NCBI GenBank assembly: GCA_965203615.1
Contig: OZ241900.1
Span: 3,879,350 to 3,943,349, forward strand
Source of the DNA: Candidatus Azotimanducaceae bacterium
GTDB taxonomy: Bacteria > Pseudomonadota > Gammaproteobacteria > Pseudomonadales > Azotimanducaceae
Direction of reading: 5' to 3'
DNA length: 64,000 bases
Position numbers and translations under genes: made by a program
In this document: one piece after another, positions 8,005-17,452 of the stretch
Layout: each line of letters starts with the position of its first letter
How positions within the stretch are numbered: position 1 is the first letter of the stretch
Notes under the pieces: generated by a model
What the model saw: the letters and a program-made list of their open reading frames with translations, nothing else
The model's database searches: none
What the model was told of the DNA's origin: nothing

Positions 8005-10999
8005 TCTGGCGCGCTCCTTCGGGGTCGTAGAAGACGGGGCTGACCACGGTCGCGGCGACGATCCGGCCGTCCGCCAGCGGGGCGTAGAGAATCTGCCCCG
8101 TGCGCTGGCGACCGCGCTTCACCATCGCCAGCGCGATGGAACGCTCAAGCCGCGCGCTGTAGTAGCTGGAGGTGACGTGGCCTTCCATGGGCACCGGCGC
8201 ACGGCGTCCGGGTTCTTCGACGAGTTGCGCGCCCTCGGGCAGCACGGTCTCGGGGTCGGCGGTGGCCAGGCCCACGAGCTGGAACCGGTCCTCGCGCAGG
8301 TGAGCGGCCAGCGCCAGCGAACGGTCGCCGAGGAAGCCGTACGCCTTGTTGCGGCGCACCGCCCAGTCCATGCCGACGTCCGCCGGTGTCACGGAACCGT
8401 CGGTGTCCTGGCCGACGATGATGAATCCCTTCTCGGCGCGCAGCACGTGCATGGCCTCGGTGCCGTAGGGGGTGATGTCGAATTTCGTTCCGGCCTCGAC
8501 CAGGGCATCCCAGACCTCTCGGCCGTGGTTGGCCGGGACGTTCACTTCGAACGACAGTTCGCCGCTGAAGCTGATCCTGAATACCCGCGCAGGTATGCCT
8601 GCGACGTGGCCTTCGCGCACATCCATGAAGTGGAACGCATCGCCGTCGAAGTCGATGTCCGTGCACAGCTTTCGAAGCACCTCCCGGGACTTCGGGCCGA
8701 CTACCGCCGCCGTGGCCCAGTGGTCGGTCACCGACGTGAGATGGACGTCGAGGGACGGCCACTCGGTCTGTTTCCAGAACTCCAGCCACGCGAACACCGC
8801 CTCCGCATTGCCGGTGGTGGTGTGCATCAGGTAGCGGTTCTCCGCCATGCGCGCGGTCACGCCGTCGTCGAAGATGTACCCGTTCTCGTGCAGCATGAGG
8901 CCGTAACGGCACCGGCCGACGCCGAGTCTCCTGAAACCGGTGGTGTATACGCGGTCGAGGAATACCGCCGCGTCCGATCCCTGGATGTCGATCTTGCCGA
9001 GGGTGGACGCATCGAAGATTGCGACACCGTCGCGCACTGCGAGGCACTCGCGATCAACCGCCTGCTGCATCGTCTCCCCGGATTGGGGGTAGTAGTGCGG
9101 GCGTTTCCAGCGCCCCACGTCCTCCCACATGGCGCCGTGGGCCTGGTGCCACGCGTGCATGGGCGTGTGGCGTTCGGGGTCGAACATGCCGCCGGTGTCT
9201 CTTCCCGCGGCGGCGCCGAAGGTCATCGGCGTGTAGGCGGGGCGGAACATGGTCGTGCCCGTGTCGGCGATCTCCTGTCCCAGGGCGCGGGCCAGGATCG
9301 CCACGCCGTTGACGTTGCCGAGCTTGCCCTGGTCGGTGCCGAAACCCAGCGCCGTATAACGTTTGACATGCTCCACGGACGTATAGCCTTCGCGGGCGGC
9401 AAGCTCGATGTCCGCGGCGGTGACGTCCGTTTGCAGGTCGACGAACTGCTTGGGGGCTCGGCTCACCGGCTTCCGGTGGGGTACGAGGTATAGGGCCCGG
9501 GACGGCGCCTCAAGTGACTCTCCCGTATCCGGAATGTCGAACGTGCGCCCGCCGTCGCCGAAACCGGCGCGAGACGCGGCCGTGGCACCTGCGGATGCGC
9601 CTTCCTTGATGCACTCCCGCAAGGGTCGGACGCCCGTGACCGCGCCGGCGCACATGCCGTGCTCTCCCAGATTGCCGGGCAGGAACGCGCTCGCCGTATC
9701 GCTCCAACGGGGCCTGATGCCGGTCTGCGAGCCGAGATGCAGCGTTGGACTCCAGCCGCCGGACACGGCGATCAGGTCGCATTCAAGCCGCCGCGAAGGA
9801 CCGGTCAGCGCGTCGCCCTCTGCGTCCAATGGCGCGATAACGGCGCCGCGAACCCGTCCGCGTCCGAGAGCTTCGATCACGCCATGGCCATCCATCACGT
9901 CGATGCCCGCTTCTTTCGCGGACTGGACCAGCGCGCCTGAGGGATCCTGCCGCGCGTCGACGACCGCAACGACTTCGCGCCCGGCCCGTTGCCAGTCCAT
10001 GGCCGTTCGGTAGGCGTCGTCGTTGGTGGTGAAAAGGACCAGCCTGTCGCCGGGCGCCACGGCGTACCGGTTGACGTAGGCGGAGACCGACGATGCCAGC
10101 ATGACGCCCGGCAGGTCGTTGTTGGCGAACACCAGGGGGCGCTCTATGGCGCCGGTCGCGAGCACCGCCTGGCGCGCGCGTACACGGTGCAGGCGTTGGC
10201 GTGAACCGCCGCCGTTCACGCTTCCCAGGTGATCGGTACGTCGCTCGAGGATCGTGAAGAAGTTGTGATCGTAGTAGCCGATGACCGTGGCGCGGGGCAG
10301 GAGTGTTACGTCCGCAAAGGACGAGAGTTCGGCGAGCGCGTCCTGCACCCAGTCGGTGCCGCTCCCGCCGCCGATGGTCTGGGACCTGGACAGGAGGCTG
10401 CCTCCGAACTCGGGCCGCTCGTCGGCGATCAGAACGCGGGCGCCGGCCCGAGCCGCTTCGAGCGCTGCGGCGAGACCCGCGGGACCGGCGCCGACCACCA
10501 GCACATCGCAGTGATGGTGCATCTTGTCGTAGGTATCCGGGTCGTGTCCGTTCGGCGCTTCGCCGAAACCGGCTGCGCGGCGCAACAGGCGTTCCCACGT
10601 CATCCACAGCCAGGGTGGCTGCATGAACGTCTTGTAGTAGAACCCCGCCGGCAGGAACCTGCTGAAGGCACCGACGAGGCGCTGCGGGCCGGACCGGGTC
10701 GACCGCGCTTCAAGTCCCTCGAACAGTTCCACCTCGGTGGCCCGCAGGTTCGGGACGCCGTGCGCTCCCTTTCCGAGATGCAGGATGGCGTTGGGTTCTT
10801 CCGGCCCGTGTCCGACGATGCCGCGCGGCCGCGCATACTTGAAGCTACGGGCTACGACATCGACGCCGTTCGCGAGCAGCGCCGAGGCCAGCGTGTCGCC
10901 GGCGTAGCCCTGCATGGCGCGGCCGTCGAACGAGAAGTTGAGCGCCCGGCTGCGATCGATCCGGCCGCCCTCGGCCAGGCGGCGTGGTTGCTCCGCCAT
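7997..10999 (-). CDS. soxA: Sarcosine oxidase alpha subunit
   Basis: 1000 aa. N-terminal 'FSFDGRAMQGYAGDTLASALLANG', nucleotide-binding 'VLVVGAGPAGLAAAL', and a C-terminal GcvT-like THF-binding domain. ATGA overlap with soxD. Confidence 0.9.
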   Translation of the reverse strand: MAEQPRRLAEGGRIDRSRALNFSFDGRAMQGYAGDTLASALLANGVDVVARSFKYARPRGIVGHGPEEPNAILHLGKGAHGVPNLRATEVELFEGLEARSTRSGPQRLVGAFSRFLPAGFYYKTFMQPPWLWMTWERLLRRAAGFGEAPNGHDPDTYDKMHHHCDVLVVGAGPAGLAAALEAARAGARVLIADERPEFGGSLLSRSQTIGGGSGTDWVQDALAELSSFADVTLLPRATVIGYYDHNFFTILERRTDHLGSVNGGGSRQRLHRVRARQAVLATGAIERPLVFANNDLPGVMLASSVSAYVNRYAVAPGDRLVLFTTNDDAYRTAMDWQRAGREVVAVVDARQDPSGALVQSAKEAGIDVMDGHGVIEALGRGRVRGAVIAPLDAEGDALTGPSRRLECDLIAVSGGWSPTLHLGSQTGIRPRWSDTASAFLPGNLGEHGMCAGAVTGVRPLRECIKEGASAGATAASRAGFGDGGRTFDIPDTGESLEAPSRALYLVPHRKPVSRAPKQFVDLQTDVTAADIELAAREGYTSVEHVKRYTALGFGTDQGKLGNVNGVAILARALGQEIADTGTTMFRPAYTPMTFGAAAGRDTGGMFDPERHTPMHAWHQAHGAMWEDVGRWKRPHYYPQSGETMQQAVDRECLAVRDGVAIFDASTLGKIDIQGSDAAVFLDRVYTTGFRRLGVGRCRYGLMLHENGYIFDDGVTARMAENRYLMHTTTGNAEAVFAWLEFWKQTEWPSLDVHLTSVTDHWATAAVVGPKSREVLRKLCTDIDFDGDAFHFMDVREGHVAGIPARVFRISFSGELSFEVNVPANHGREVWDALVEAGTKFDITPYGTEAMHVLRAEKGFIIVGQDTDGSVTPADVGMDWAVRRNKAYGFLGDRSLALAAHLREDRFQLVGLATADPETVLPEGAQLVEEPGRRAPVPMEGHVTSSYYSARLERSIALAMVKRGRQRTGQILYAPLADGRIVAATVVSPVFYDPEGARQNV

Positions 11000-11295
11000 C
11001 AGGGCGTGCTCTCTTCAGGCGCGTCCGGGTTCGGTACGCCGGCCGGATAGACGTCGAGAATCTCGTAGCTCACGGTGTCGCGCAGGACGTTGAAGTAGCG
11101 CCGGCAGCCAGCCGTGTGCACCCAGATCTCGCGGTGGGGTCCGCGCGGGTTCTTGCGGAAGTGCAGGTAGTCTCCCCACTCGGCATCGGACAACGCGGCG
11201 GGATCCGGCGGGCGGCGGATATGTGCCTCGCCGGCGTTGCTGAACTCCTCCTCGCTGCGCATCTCCCGGCAGTAGGGACAGCGTATCTGCAGCAT
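10999..11295 (-). CDS. soxD: Sarcosine oxidase delta subunit
   Basis: 98 aa starting '[18 protein letters not shown]', with the Cys-rich SoxD zinc motif continuing at '...HTAGCRRYF'. ATGA overlap with the soxB stop. Confidence 0.85.
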   Translation of the reverse strand: MLQIRCPYCREMRSEEEFSNAGEAHIRRPPDPAALSDAEWGDYLHFRKNPRGPHREIWVHTAGCRRYFNVLRDTVSYEILDVYPAGVPNPDAPEESTP

Positions 11296-12545
11296 CAGTG
11301 CGCTACTCCGGCGGCGCCGTGCTCGTCGATCAGCGCGCCGCTCGCGAAGCGGTCCAGCGCGAAAGGCTCCGCGAGAGGATGCGGCCGCTCGTGGGCGAGG
11401 GTGTCGGCGAACACGTAGCCGGACCCCGGCGTCGCCTTGAAGCCGCCGGTGCCCCAGCCGCAATTGAAGTAGAGCCCCTCGACGGGTGTCGTCCCGATGA
11501 TGGGGCAGGCGTCCGGGCAGATGTCGACGATGCCGCCCCACTGGCGGTTCATGCGTACGCGGCTGAAAGCCGGGAACAGCTCGCATACCGCGGACAGGGT
11601 GTGCTCGATGATGTGGAACGAACCGCGTTGGCCGTAGCCGTTGTAGTGGTCCGCGCCGGCGCCGATGACGAGGTCGCCCTTGTCCGCCTGGCTGATATAG
11701 CAGTGCACGGCGTTGGACATCACCACGGTGTCGAGACACGGCTTCAGCGGCTCGGACACCAGGGCCTGCAGGGGACGCGACTCTATCGGCAGCCGCAGCC
11801 CCGCCATCCCCGCCAGGACGCCGGAGTTGCCCGCGGTGACGCAGGCCACCTTGCGCGCCCCGATGAAGCCCCGGCTGGTCTCGACACCTTCAACGGCGCC
11901 GTTGTGGCAGCGGATGCCCGTGACCTCGGTCTGCTGCAGCAGGTCGACGCCGTGGGCGTCCGCCGCGCGGGCGAAACCCCAGGCCACCGCGTCGTGGCGG
12001 GCGATGCCGCCGCGCGGCTGCCAGGACGCGCCCATCACGGGATAGCGTGAATTCGGGGAGCAGTTGAGCAGGGGCACCCGCTTCTGCACCTGGGCGGTGG
12101 TGAGGATCTCGCCGTCGATGCCGTTCAGCCGGTTTGCGTTCACGCGCCGCTCGATGTCGCGCATCTCCTGCAGCGTGTGGCCGAGGCTCATCACCCCGCG
12201 CGGGCTGAACATCACGTTGAAGTTGAGTTCCTGGCTCAGGCCCTCCCACAGCGTGAGCGAGAAGTCATAGAGACGCGCCGCTTCGTCGCGCAGGTAGTTG
12301 GAGCGCACGATGGTGGTGTTGCGGCCGGTGTTGCCGCCGCCGAGGTACCCCTTCTCGACCACCGCGACATCGGTGACGCCGTGCCTGCTGGCGAGATAGT
12401 AGGCCGTCGCCAGACCGTGCCCGCCACCGCCCACGATCACCGTGTCGTAGCTCTCTTTCGGGGCCGGGTCGCGCCAGGCCCGCGGCCAGTCTTCATGGTG
12501 GCGACCGGCGTGCCGGAAGAGGCTCAGGAGAGAGTATTTTTCCAT
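11295..12545 (-). CDS. soxB: Sarcosine oxidase beta subunit
   Basis: '[20 protein letters not shown]' FAD site and overall SoxB-like sequence. I chose the internal ATG at 12545 (MEKYSLLSL). Confidence 0.9.
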   Translation of the reverse strand: MEKYSLLSLFRHAGRHHEDWPRAWRDPAPKESYDTVIVGGGGHGLATAYYLASRHGVTDVAVVEKGYLGGGNTGRNTTIVRSNYLRDEAARLYDFSLTLWEGLSQELNFNVMFSPRGVMSLGHTLQEMRDIERRVNANRLNGIDGEILTTAQVQKRVPLLNCSPNSRYPVMGASWQPRGGIARHDAVAWGFARAADAHGVDLLQQTEVTGIRCHNGAVEGVETSRGFIGARKVACVTAGNSGVLAGMAGLRLPIESRPLQALVSEPLKPCLDTVVMSNAVHCYISQADKGDLVIGAGADHYNGYGQRGSFHIIEHTLSAVCELFPAFSRVRMNRQWGGIVDICPDACPIIGTTPVEGLYFNCGWGTGGFKATPGSGYVFADTLAHERPHPLAEPFALDRFASGALIDEHGAAGVAH

Positions 12546-12557
12546 GGGTTCGGCGTC

Positions 12558-12585
12558 TTGATCGCGGGGCGTATTTGACCATAAT
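12558..12585 (+). promoter_or_regulatory. Candidate sigma70-type promoter for the HD-domain gene
   Basis: TTGATC (12558-12563), 16 nt, CATAAT (12580-12585). It lies in the 74-nt divergent region between soxB and the HD gene. Confidence 0.3.
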
Positions 12586-12619
12586 TCGACAACCCAGGAC
12601 GGGTTCGAGGAGCACTCCA

Positions 12620-13279
12620 ATGAAGGCCCGAACCACCTTTAGCGGCACCGGCGGCGACGACGCAACCGACGCGTCGGATGCGGTCGCCCAGGCGTCGCAG
12701 ATCGTCACCTTCACCCGTATGGATCAGGGCACGGCAGAGGACTACGCGTTGCTCGACGCACTTGCGAAGCCGTACATCGCGAAGACCGGCGAACGCGTGC
12801 TCTCCTATCTCGAGAACATCGCGGACGGTTTTCCCGGGTACCCCATCGACCGCTACCGGCACTCGCTGCAGACGGCGACGCGGGCGTTGCGGGCCGGCGA
12901 GTGCGAGGAGTACGTCGTGGCCGCCCTGCTGCACGACATCGGCGACGACCTGTCGCCGGAGAACCACGCCGAGTTGGGTGCTTCGGTGCTGCGGCCCTAC
13001 GTTGCGAGGCACACCTATTGGATGGTGCTGCAGCATGGCCTGTTCCAGGGCTACTACTACTTCGACAAGATCGGGCTGGACCCCGACGCGCGCCTGCGTT
13101 ATCGCGACCATCCCGCCTTCGACATGACGGTGCACTTCTGCGACGCATACGATCAGCAGTCGTTCGATCCCGACTACGACACGCTTACCATCGATCACTT
13201 CGTGCCCATGGTCGAGCGCATCTTCGCACGCAAGCCGTGGGGCGCGCATACGACGCGGGACTGGCCGGTCGGGGACTGA
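12620..13279 (+). CDS. HD-domain protein, PhnZ/TmpB-like (possible mixed-valent diiron oxygenase)
   Basis: His/Asp ligand-like pattern 'RYRHSLQ', 'LLHDIGD', 'ENHAELG', 'LQHG', '[10 protein letters not shown]'. GAGGAG lies 7 nt before the ATG at 12620; the longer ORF starts at 12575. Confidence 0.65.
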   Translation: MKARTTFSGTGGDDATDASDAVAQASQIVTFTRMDQGTAEDYALLDALAKPYIAKTGERVLSYLENIADGFPGYPIDRYRHSLQTATRALRAGECEEYVVAALLHDIGDDLSPENHAELGASVLRPYVARHTYWMVLQHGLFQGYYYFDKIGLDPDARLRYRDHPAFDMTVHFCDAYDQQSFDPDYDTLTIDHFVPMVERIFARKPWGAHTTRDWPVGD

Positions 13280-13326
13280 TGGGTCGGCTCCTGCGGCTGC
13301 AGGACTATTTGCTTGCGGGAAAGCGC

Positions 13327-13749
13327 CTAGCTGCCAGCCAGATCGAGTCTTGCCAGAGCCTTGGCGGGATTGACGATTTCGATATCGTCCGCATGTCCCA
13401 AGGCAAGCATGTCCGCCTTGTCACCGGACACGATCAAGTCCGCCTTGCCGGCTATCGCTGTTGCAAGTATTGGGTTATCTGCCGGGTCAGGTGAAAGCGT
13501 GCACTCCGGCAGCTCATGGATTAACGATCCGATAGTCTCCAGGTTGTCAATCAGATCGCGCGCCTCTTCCGACCGGATGTACGGGCTCAGTTTTTCGCGC
13601 CCGAGAACTTCCCGCAGTTCTTCAAGCTGATATTCGGAAGTCACGAGTGCCAAGTCACCGCGCTGGACCGCGGACAGCAGTTGTCCGGGTGGACCCGCGC
13701 TTGAAATCAAGGCGCTGATCAGCACATTGGTATCAAGAACGACCCGCAC
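13327..13749 (-). CDS. PIN-domain toxin (type II TA)
   Basis: 'MRVVLDTNVLISAL', '...DNPILATAIAGKADLIVSGDK' and PIN acidic residues. 140 aa. Confidence 0.8.
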   Translation of the reverse strand: MRVVLDTNVLISALISSAGPPGQLLSAVQRGDLALVTSEYQLEELREVLGREKLSPYIRSEEARDLIDNLETIGSLIHELPECTLSPDPADNPILATAIAGKADLIVSGDKADMLALGHADDIEIVNPAKALARLDLAGS

Positions 13750-13969
13750 GGGCTTGCGTTACAGCCTCATCGGCGAGAGCCTGGACCTCGCCGGGGGAAA
13801 GGTGACGGTTTCTCTGCCAGACGGACTCAAGCGTTTCCCAAAATATCGCTTGGCGCACCGCGCGGTCGACGAAGCGCGACAGATCCCCCTTCTTGCCGCC
13901 GGTTCTGGCAAGGTAGCTCCTCACTGCACGGTTCGTATCATCGGAGATGACGAGATTCCAGCGTGTCAT
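13733..13969 (-). CDS. Ribbon-helix-helix antitoxin partner of the PIN toxin
   Basis: 78 aa with N-terminal 'WNLVISDDTNRAVRSYLA'. It overlaps the PIN gene by 17 nt. Confidence 0.7.
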   Translation of the reverse strand: MTRWNLVISDDTNRAVRSYLARTGGKKGDLSRFVDRAVRQAIFWETLESVWQRNRHLSPGEVQALADEAVTQARAGRS

Positions 13970-14144
13970 GTCGTCTCTTGATAGGTGTATAGGCGCATAA
14001 GCACAATCGGGCGAATCGTAAATGAGAAAATTCGCAGCGGCAACTTTTCAAGTCCACATATCTCCGAGCCGCTGTCTGGCTTATGGAGCGTCGGCGAGTC
14101 TCGCCAGATCCGCGCTGCCCCAGAGAACGCTTGGCTTGACCGGT

Positions 14145-16187
14145 TTAACCGGAGTTGGGGGGCTTGCGCCTCGAGCGCCGGCGTTGCGCCCGGGCTGGCC
14201 GGTCGGGGCCGTTGGCGGTGCGGCGCCTGACCCGGTCAGGGAATGCGTGCGTCCCGGCGGGTATCGCCATGGCGTCGACGAAGTACGCCTGGAAGTTCGA
14301 CTCGATGGCCGTCTCCACTTTCTCCACGCCCCTGACCACTGACTCGATCTCGTCGCGGGAAGCCCGGTTCAACAAGGCGATCCTGGCGCCGTGGCCGGCT
14401 GCGTTGCCTGCCGCCGAAACCGCATCGAGCGGGCAGTCCGGAATCATGCCGAGGGCCATGGCGTAGCGCACGTCGATGTGGCTGCCGAAGGCGCCGGCCA
14501 GGCGAATTCGATCCACCGAGGTCACTTCAAGCCGGTCCATCAGCAGCCTGATGCCGGCGAACAGGGCCGCCTTGGCGAGTTGAATCTGGCGCACATCGGT
14601 CTGCGTGACCGTGACCTGTTGGTCGTCCTGTTCGCCGTAGATGACGAAGGAGAAGGTGCGGCCATCGCGAAGCAGGCGAGGCGAGCGGTCCGCCTGGCTG
14701 CCGTCGATCACCCCGTCGCTGGTGAGGATGCCCGCCAGCCACATCTCCACTACCGCCTCGATGATCCCGGAACCGCAGATGCCGGTGACGCCCTGCGCCG
14801 GCAGTGCGTCGGCGAATCCCGGCTCATCTGACCAGAGATCCGAGCCGATTACGCGAATCCGGCTCTCAAGGGTGATGGGGTCGATCCGTACCCGTTCGAT
14901 GGCACCGGGCGCGGCGCGCTGGCCGGCGCTGACCTGGGCGCCTTCAAAGGCTGGGCCGGTCGGACTGGAGCAGGCCAGCAATCGCTGGCCGGTGCCGAGC
15001 ACGATTTCCGCATTGGTACCGATATCCACCAACAGGGTCACCGCCCCGTTCGCGTGGGGTTGCTCGCAGAGGATCATCCCGGCGGTGTCCGCGCCAACAT
15101 GCCCGGCGATGCAGGGCAGCACATAGGCTGCAGCGCCTGGGTTGGCCTCAAGGTCAAGGTCGCGGGCTGGCAAGTTGACGGCATCCTCCACAGCCAGCGC
15201 GAAAGGCGCCTCGCCCAGCTTCACCGGGCTGATGCCGAGCAGCAGGTGATGCATTATCGGGTTGCAAACGAACGTCAGGCTGAGGATGTCCTGCAGGTCG
15301 ACGCCGCCGTCCGCTGCGGTTCCGGCGACGAGTTCGTTGACGGCCCTGCGCACCTCCCGGGTCAGTTCGTCAGCGCCCTCGGGGTGCATCATGACGTAGG
15401 AGACCCGGCTCATCAGGTCCTCGCCGAAGCGGATCTGGGGATTCATCATGCCGTTCGAACAGAGCACGTCGCCGCTGCCGAGGTCGCACAGGTGGGCGGC
15501 GATGGTGGTTGATCCGACATCGATCGCCACACCGTAAACCGACTCCTTGAAACCTGGCCAGACCGCGAGAATGTCCGCGTCCTGGTGGACGGCGACCGTG
15601 ACCGACCATGCTCCGTCCCGCAGCAGGCCTTGCAGGTCGGGCAGCAACGCCGCCGGGAACGCGGGGCGCAGACCCCATTGCGCCTCCAACGCGTCGAGCA
15701 GGCGCGTCAGGTCGCTGCCCGAGCCCTGGAGATCCGCTGGCGCCACTTCCACCAGGTAGAGACGAACCACCGGATCCAGGCGGATGGGCCGCGAGTCGGC
15801 CTCCTTGCGCACGACTTGGCGGTGAACCTGGCTTTCCGGCGGCACGTCGATCAGCAAGTCACCTTGTATTGTGGCCTGGCAACTCAGCCGGTGGCCCGGC
15901 GCCAGCGGCCGGTTGCGCTCTCCAAAGCGGGTTTCCACGTCCCCGGCGGGGGACAGGTGATCGGGTTTGGAGACGATGCCGTGCTTGGGAAAGTTGCCTT
16001 CGCTGCAGACGACCCGGCAACGCCCGCAGAGTCCGCGGCCTCCGCAGATGGAGGCTATATCCACGCCGAGTTCCCACGCGGCTTGCAGCACCGGTGTGCC
16101 GTGTGGGAACTGGCCACGACGGCCGGACGGCGTGAAAACCACCCGGGCCTGGCGTTCGGTTTCCTCTTCCGTGCCGCGGGCAGTCAC
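14145..16187 (-). CDS. Reductive activator of corrinoid enzymes (N-terminal plant-type 2Fe-2S ferredoxin + ASKHA/DUF4445 ATPase domain)
   Basis: 'VVFTPSGRRGQF...ICGGRGLCGRCRV' is a ferredoxin motif, followed by a long ASKHA-like body ('AIDVGSTTIAAHL', 'LVDIGTNAEIVLG'). The start is set at GTG 16187. The ORF track extends to a TTG at 16316, overlapping the upstream gene by 124 nt. Confidence 0.8.
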   Translation of the reverse strand: MTARGTEEETERQARVVFTPSGRRGQFPHGTPVLQAAWELGVDIASICGGRGLCGRCRVVCSEGNFPKHGIVSKPDHLSPAGDVETRFGERNRPLAPGHRLSCQATIQGDLLIDVPPESQVHRQVVRKEADSRPIRLDPVVRLYLVEVAPADLQGSGSDLTRLLDALEAQWGLRPAFPAALLPDLQGLLRDGAWSVTVAVHQDADILAVWPGFKESVYGVAIDVGSTTIAAHLCDLGSGDVLCSNGMMNPQIRFGEDLMSRVSYVMMHPEGADELTREVRRAVNELVAGTAADGGVDLQDILSLTFVCNPIMHHLLLGISPVKLGEAPFALAVEDAVNLPARDLDLEANPGAAAYVLPCIAGHVGADTAGMILCEQPHANGAVTLLVDIGTNAEIVLGTGQRLLACSSPTGPAFEGAQVSAGQRAAPGAIERVRIDPITLESRIRVIGSDLWSDEPGFADALPAQGVTGICGSGIIEAVVEMWLAGILTSDGVIDGSQADRSPRLLRDGRTFSFVIYGEQDDQQVTVTQTDVRQIQLAKAALFAGIRLLMDRLEVTSVDRIRLAGAFGSHIDVRYAMALGMIPDCPLDAVSAAGNAAGHGARIALLNRASRDEIESVVRGVEKVETAIESNFQAYFVDAMAIPAGTHAFPDRVRRRTANGPDRPARAQRRRSRRKPPNSG

Positions 16188-16192
16188 CGGGA

Positions 16193-17125
16193 TCAGCTTT
16201 CTCGCGAGGGACCCCTTCGGGGGCCCGGCCGGCGGCGGCGGGGCCGGTCCCGCCGGTTGCCTCGCGCGCCCCCGGGGCCACCGGGTTCGCGATACTTGCC
16301 GATCCAGCGCATGCAATCTGGATCGTTGCCCATCATGACGTCGGCGCCGAGCACCGCCTGCATGACCCCGTCGTGCAGCGGGTTGGTGATCGCGGACGTC
16401 ATGCCGGCGCCGATCGCCATGGTGAGGAAGGCGCTGTTGATGCCGTTCCGGTTGGGCAGCCCGAAACTCACGTTGGACGCGCCGCAGGTGGTATTGACCT
16501 TCAGTTCCCCGCGCAGGCGGCTGACGAGATGCATGACCTGCCGACCGGCGGAGTTGATGGCGCCGATCGGCATGACCAGCGGATCGACCACCACGTCGCT
16601 CGGGGGAATGCCGTGGTCCTGCGCCCGTTCGACGATCTTCCTGGCCACCTCGAAGCGCACGTCCGGATCCTCGGAGATTCCGGTTTCGTCGTTGGAGATA
16701 GCCACCACCGCGGCGCCGTGCCGGGCCACCAGCGGCAGCACCGACTCCAGCCGCTCCTCTTCGCCGGTGACCGAGTTGACCAGCGGCTTGCCGTCATAGA
16801 CCGCGAGTCCCGACTCCAGCGCGGCGACGATGGAGGAATCGATGGACAGGGGCACGTCGGTGACCGACTGCACCAGCCTGATGGCCTCGGCCAGAATGGC
16901 GGGTTCGTCCGCCAGCGGGATGCCGGCGTTGACGTCCAGCATGTGGGCGCCGGCCGCGATCTGCGCGACCGCGTCGTCGACCACGCGGTGGTAGTCCCCG
17001 GCTTTCATTTCGCGGGCCAGGATCTTGCGCCCGGTGGGGTTGATACGCTCGCCTATGACCACGAAGGGCCGCTCGAAACCGATCACCACCTCCCGGCTCG
17101 CGGAAGCGACAACCGTGTCCGTCAT
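16193..17125 (-). CDS. Pterin-binding methyltetrahydrofolate:corrinoid methyltransferase (MtgA/AcsE/MetH-pterin-domain-like)
   Basis: 'VIGERINPTGRK...', 'MLDVNAG', 'PLSIDSS', 'PLVNSVTGEEERL', 'TTCGASNVSFGLPNR' are dihydropteroate-synthase-like barrel motifs. It ends in an odd Arg/Pro/Gly-rich tail of about 30 aa. Confidence 0.8.
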   Translation of the reverse strand: MTDTVVASASREVVIGFERPFVVIGERINPTGRKILAREMKAGDYHRVVDDAVAQIAAGAHMLDVNAGIPLADEPAILAEAIRLVQSVTDVPLSIDSSIVAALESGLAVYDGKPLVNSVTGEEERLESVLPLVARHGAAVVAISNDETGISEDPDVRFEVARKIVERAQDHGIPPSDVVVDPLVMPIGAINSAGRQVMHLVSRLRGELKVNTTCGASNVSFGLPNRNGINSAFLTMAIGAGMTSAITNPLHDGVMQAVLGADVMMGNDPDCMRWIGKYREPGGPGGARGNRRDRPRRRRPGPRRGPSRES

Positions 17126-17131
17126 GTCCCT

Positions 17132-17452
17132 TCAGCCCTCCCGCAGACCGTGATTGCGGATGAGCGCGAGCAGCCGCGCGTCGGAAAAATCCGTTTCGAT
17201 CTGCTCCGCCAGCCGGTCGGCGACCGCCTGCAGATCGGTCGCCGCATCGACCGGCTCGGGGGTGATCCGGTCACGCTCCCACTCGCTGATGTAGGCATCG
17301 GCGCTGCGCTTCTTTGCCCGCATGGCGGCGCGGTCAATGGCGTTCTGAAAACGTGGGCTCAACAGTACCTTGGCGCGTCTTCTGCCCTGCCTGACGATGA
17401 TCTGCGACGGAATGTCGCGCCATCTCATGAGGATCGCGTCCACGCGCGTCAC
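17132..17452 (-). CDS. Small 'virulence factor'-domain (PF13769-like) protein of unknown function
   Basis: 'WRDIPSQIIVRQGRRRAKVLLSPRFQNAIDRAAMR' matches my recollection of this small family, which is found next to DUF1638 and corrinoid genes. GTG start overlaps the upstream stop (GTGA). Confidence 0.5.
   Translation of the reverse strand: MTRVDAILMRWRDIPSQIIVRQGRRRAKVLLSPRFQNAIDRAAMRAKKRSADAYISEWERDRITPEPVDAATDLQAVADRLAEQIETDFSDARLLALIRNHGLREG

Noticed and set aside
13289-13304. Short hairpin TCCTGC-GGCT-GCAGGA between the convergent HD and PIN genes as a bidirectional terminator
   Set aside because: It has only a 6-bp stem and no clear U-tract on either strand. This is too weak to call as a feature.
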